From Octopus sinensis (lineage: Eukaryota), in the NCBI RefSeq assembly GCF_006345805.1, contig NC_043011.1:59780464-59844463 (forward strand): DNA of 64,000 nt, written 5' to 3'. A program made the translations under genes and the position numbers. The notes under the pieces are model-generated. The model worked only from the letters and a program-made list of their open reading frames with translations. It did no database searches and had not been told where the DNA came from. Of this stretch, positions 59,001 through 64,000 are shown piece after piece; positions within the stretch are counted from its first letter, which is position 1; every line of letters begins with the position of its first letter.

Positions 59001-62000
59001 TGTACGAAATTCATGTACTTCATACATATCAACCTTGTGTATGATATTCGTGTACTTCATACATTTCCCGCCTGTGTATGAAATTCCATCATTACAGACG
59101 TTTCAACACTTGTGTATGAAATTTAATCTCGTCATGCGTTTCACGCTTGTGTATGAAATTCATGTACTTTATACGTTTCAACCTTTCGTATGAAATTCGT
59201 GTACTTCATACATTTCACGCATGTGTATGAAATTCTTTCATTTCAGACGTTTCAACACCTGTGTTTGAAAATCAATCTTCTCATACGTTTCACGCATGTC
59301 TATGAAATTTATGCTCATCATACGTTTCAACCTTGTGTATGAAATTCGTATACTTCATACATTTCACGCCAGTGTACAAAATTCATTCACTTCATACGTT
59401 TCACGCTTGTGTATGAAATACATGTACTTCATACATTTCAACACTTGTGTATGAAATTTAATCTCGTCATACAATTCCTGTATGTCTATGGAAATTCATG
59501 CACTTCTTACGTTTCAACCTTGTGTATGAAATTCGTGTACTTCATACATTTCACGCCAGTGTACGAAATTCATTCACTTCATACGTTTCCCGCTTGTGTA
59601 TCAAATACATGCACTTCATACATTTCAACCGTGTGTATGAATTTCGAGTACTTCATACATTTCACGGCTGTGTACGAAATTCTTTCATTACAGACGTTTC
59701 AACGCTTGTGTATGAAATTTAATCTCGTCATGAGTTTCACGCTTGTGTATGAAATTCATGCACTTCATACATTTCGACCTTGTGTACGAAATTCATGTAC
59801 TTCATACCTGTCACGCCTGTGTACGAAATTCATTCATTTCACACGTCTCATGCTTGCGTATGAATTTCATACGTTATACGCTTGTGTATGAAATTCGTGT
59901 ACTTCATACATTTCACGCATGTGTATGAACTTCTTTAATTTCAGATGTTTCAACACTTGTGTGTGGAATTCAAGCTCCTCATACATTTCACGCATGTCTA
60001 TGAAATTCATGCACTTCATCCGTTTCAACCTTGTGTATGAAATTCGGGTACTTCATACATTTCACAACTGTGTACGAAATTCATTCACTTCATAAGTTTC
60101 ACGCTTGTGTATTGAATACATGCACTTCATACGTTTCAACCTTGTGTATGAAATTCGTGTACTTCATACATTTCACGCCTGTGTACGAATTTCCTTCATT
60201 ACAAACGTTTCACGCTTGTGTATGAATTTTAATCTCGTCATGCGTTTCACGCTTGTATATGAAATTCATGCACTTCATACATTTCAACCTTGTGTATGAA
60301 ATTCGTGTACTTCATACCTGTCACGCTTGTGTACGAAATTCATTCAAATCATACATTTCATGCTTGTGTATGAAATTCGTGTACTTCATATATTTCAACC
60401 TTGTGTATGAAATTCTTGTACTTCATGTATTTCACGACTGTGTATGAAATTCAAACTCGTAATACGTTTCACGCTTGTGTATAAAATTCATGCATGTGAT
60501 CATTTCATGCTTGCATATGAAATTCATGCACTTCATACGTTTCACCCTTGTGTATGAAATTCATGCACATCATATATTTCACACTTTTATATGAAATTCG
60601 TGTACGTCTTACATTTCACGACTGTGTATGAAATTCTTTCATTACAAACGTTTCAACACTTGTGTATGAAATTCAATCTCCTCATGCGTTTCACGCTTGT
60701 GTATGAAATTCATGCATGTGATCATTTCACGCTTGTGTATGAAAATCGTGTACTTCATACATTTCACGACAGTGTACGAAATACATTCATTTCATACGCT
60801 TCACGCTTGTGTATGAAATTCATGTACTTCATACATTTCACGCTTGTGTACGAAATTCCTTCTCTTCATACGTTTCACGCTTGTGTATGAAATTCATACA
60901 TTTCAACCTTATGTATGACATTCTTGTACTTCACACATTTCACGACTATGTATGAAATTCTCTCATTTCAGACGTTTCAACACTTGTGTATGAAATTCAT
61001 TCTCCTCACACGTTTCACGCTTGCTTATGAAATTGATGCACATGGTTATTTCAACCTTTTGTAAGAAAATCGTGTACTTCATACATTTCACGCCTGTGTA
61101 CGAAATTCCTTAATTTTAGACGTTTCAACTCTTGTGTATGAAATTCAATCTCGTTATACGTTTCATGCTTGTGTATAAAATTCATGCACGAGATCTTTGA
61201 CGCTCGTGTATGAAAATCATGCACTTCATACATTTCACCCTTGCGTATGAAATTCATGCACTTCATACGTTTCACCCATGTGCATAAAATATATGCACGT
61301 CATACATCTTAAACTTGTGTATGAATTTCGTGTACGTCTTACATTTCACGACTGTATATGAATACCTCCAATTTAGATGTTTTGACGCTTGTGTATGAAA
61401 TTCAAAATTTCGTCATACGTTTCACGCTTGTGTATGAAATTCGTGTACTTCATACATTTCACGCCTGTGTACGAAATTCATTCAATTCATGTTTCACGCT
61501 TGTGTACGAAATTCATATACTTCATACATTTCATCCATGTGTATGAAATTCGTGTTCTTCATACATTTCCCGCCTGTGTATGAAATTACCTCATTACAGA
61601 CGCTGCGACTCTTGTGTGTGAAATTTAATCTCGTCATGCGTTTCTCGCTTGTTTATGAAATTCATGCACGTGATCATTTCACGCTTGTGTATGAAATTCA
61701 TGTACATCATACCTTTCACGCCTGTGTACGAAATTCATGTTTCATGCTTGTGTACGAAATTCATGTACTTCTTACATTTCAAACTTGTGTATTAAATTCA
61801 TGCACTTCATACAATTCACACTTTTGTATGAAATTCGTGTACGTCTTACATTTCACGACTGTGTATGAAATTCCTTCATTTCAGACGTTTCAACACCTGT
61901 GTATGAAATTCAATCTCCTCATTCGTTTCACATTTGTGTATGAAATTACTGCACGTGATCATTTCACGCTTGTGTACGAAATTCATGCACTTCATACTTT

Positions 62001-63465
62001 TCACGCTTGTGTGTGCAATTCATACTTTTCACAGTTGCGTTTGGAATTTATGCACTTCTTTCGTTTCGCTCTTCTGTCATGAAATACATGCACGCCATAC
62101 GTTTCACGCTTGTGTATAAAATTCATGCACTTCAAACGTTTAATCCTTGTGTATGAAATTCATGCACATCACATGTTTTACTCTGGTGGATAAAATTCAA
62201 TCCCTTCATAAGTTTCATGCTTGTGCATGAAATTCATGCACTTCACATGTTTTACTCTTGTGCATGAAATTCAATCCCTTCATAAGTTTCACGCTTGTGC
62301 ATGAAATTCATGCAATTCATGTTTTACTCTTGTGCATGAAATTCAATCCCTTCATAAGTTTCACGCTTGTGCATGAAATTCATGCACTTCACATGTTTTA
62401 CTCTTGTGCATGAAATTCAATCACTTCATAAGTTTCACGCTTGTGCATGAAATTCATGCACTTCACATGTTTTACTCTTGTGCATGAAATTCAATCCCTT
62501 CATAAGTTTCACGCTTGTGCATGAAATTCATGCACTTCACATGTTTTACTCTTGTGCATGAAATTCAATCCCTTCATAAGTTTCACGCTTGTGCATGAAA
62601 TTCATGCACTTCACATGTTTTACTCTTGTGCATGAAATTCAATCACTTCATAAGTTTCACGCTTGTGCATGAAATTCATGCACTTCACATGTTTTACTCT
62701 TGTGCATGAAATTCAATCCCTTCATAAGTTTCACGCCTGTGAATGAAATTCATGCACATCAAATGTTTTACTCTTGTGCATGAAATTCATGCACTTCACA
62801 TGTTTTACTCTTGTGCATGAAATCAATCCCTTCATAAGTTTCACGCTTGTGCATGAAATTCATGCACTTCACATGTTTTACTCTTGTGCATGAAATTCAA
62901 TCACTTCATAAGTTTCACGCTTGTGCATGAAATTCATGCACTTCACATGTTTTACTCTTGTGCATGAAATTCAATCCCTTCATAAGTTTCACGCCTGTGA
63001 ATGAAATTCATGCACATCAAATGTTTTACTCTTGTGCATGAAATTCATGCACTTCACATGTTTTACTCTTGTGCATGAAATTCAATCCCTTCATAAGTTT
63101 CACGCCTGTGAATGAAATTCATGCACATCAAATGTTTTACTCTTGTGCATGAAATTCATGCACTTCACGTTTTACTCTTGTGCATGAAATTCAATCCCTT
63201 CATAAGTTTCACGCTTGTGCATGAAATTCATGCACTTCATACCTTAAAGGCTTGTGTACGAAAATCGTGCACTTCATGTGTTTCACTTTTTTGTATGAAA
63301 TTCAGTAACTTCATACGTTTGACACTTGTGGATGAAATTAATGCACTTCATACCTTAAAGGCTTGTGTACAAAAATCGTGCACTTCATGTGTTTCACTTT
63401 TTTGTATGAAATTCAGTAACTTCATACGTTTGACACTTGTGGATGAAATTAATGCACTTCATATA
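56040..63465. repeat. 37-bp satellite array (consensus TGTGTATGAAATTCATGCACTTCATACGTTTCACGCT), inverted at ~58160
   Basis: Monomers read as reverse complement in 56040-58160 and forward in 58160-63465. Homogeneous 74-bp dimer at ~62180-63230 and a 111-bp trimer x2 at the end. Confidence 0.95.
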
Positions 63466-63793
63466 TAACAAATAAACATTACTACATATGTTGAGTAACT
63501 TTTCCTTTGCTTGTGCATATATTTACGTCTTTATTATTTTGTATTTAAATAAATATTCTGGGAAATCTTAAATTCTTGAATTTGAAATTCAGTCCCGTTG
63601 AAGAATGGAAAAAAATTAGGAATCAAATTGGAACAGATTGAAATCGTCGACAAATAAAGAAATAAACTTTCCTGCATGTTTATAAAGCAATAAAGAAACA
63701 TGTACACACACACACACACCTATACACATATGCATAAATATATGGGGGTGGGACGAGCGTGTATGTGTGCATATATTCATATGTATGTGTATG

Positions 63794-63845
<52 letters not shown>

Positions 63846-64000
63846 TACATACATATATTCATATATATATATAGATATACATATATACATGTATATAAAT
63901 GTGCATATGCATATATATGTACAGATATATTTATTTGCATATGTATGCGCATATGAATATATATAGAGATACACACACACACACATATACATACATATAT

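Noticed and set aside
56040-63465. CRISPR-like array or repetitive-protein ORFs (37-bp unit with dyad)
   Set aside because: Units are contiguous with no unique spacers, there are no cas genes, and the context is eukaryotic. The ORFs are short frame-shifting translations of a 37-bp unit.
213-63992. Numerous YIYI/HTHT/CVCV/LSLS ORFs in the ORF track
   Set aside because: They are translations of (TA)n, (CA)n and (CT)n microsatellites and of SINE bodies.

Overview
AT-rich eukaryotic (animal) genomic DNA packed with microsatellites, SINEs and LINE remnants. The repeat families suggest an octopus/coleoid cephalopod, which is an inference. One complete protein-coding gene can be assembled by hand on the + strand: an 11-coding-exon lysosomal/prostatic acid phosphatase-like gene (ACP2-like, 9264-51476, 1263-nt CDS, 420 aa). 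It has a signal peptide, RHGDRSP and HD catalytic motifs, a C-terminal TM helix and a YxxL tail, and every junction is GT-AG and phase-consistent. Introns and flanks hold decayed RTE, CR1-group and Tx1/L1 LINEs, at least four tRNA-headed SINE families, non-autonomous Helitrons, MITE-like DNA elements and a 3.5-kb T/A-rich tract. The window ends in a 7.4-kb 37-bp satellite array with an orientation switch and higher-order repeats. The most unusual signal is a set of unrelated short elements carrying minimal, Penelope-type hammerhead-ribozyme folds. These include a G3-C8 covariant core, a U6 core variant and a tRNA-headed (Pol III) SINE with a hammerhead tail, often in head-to-head inverted pairs in or near (TA)n. 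Most ORFs in the supplied track are microsatellite or repeat artefacts. Repeat boundaries are approximate, and all folds and alignments were done by eye.
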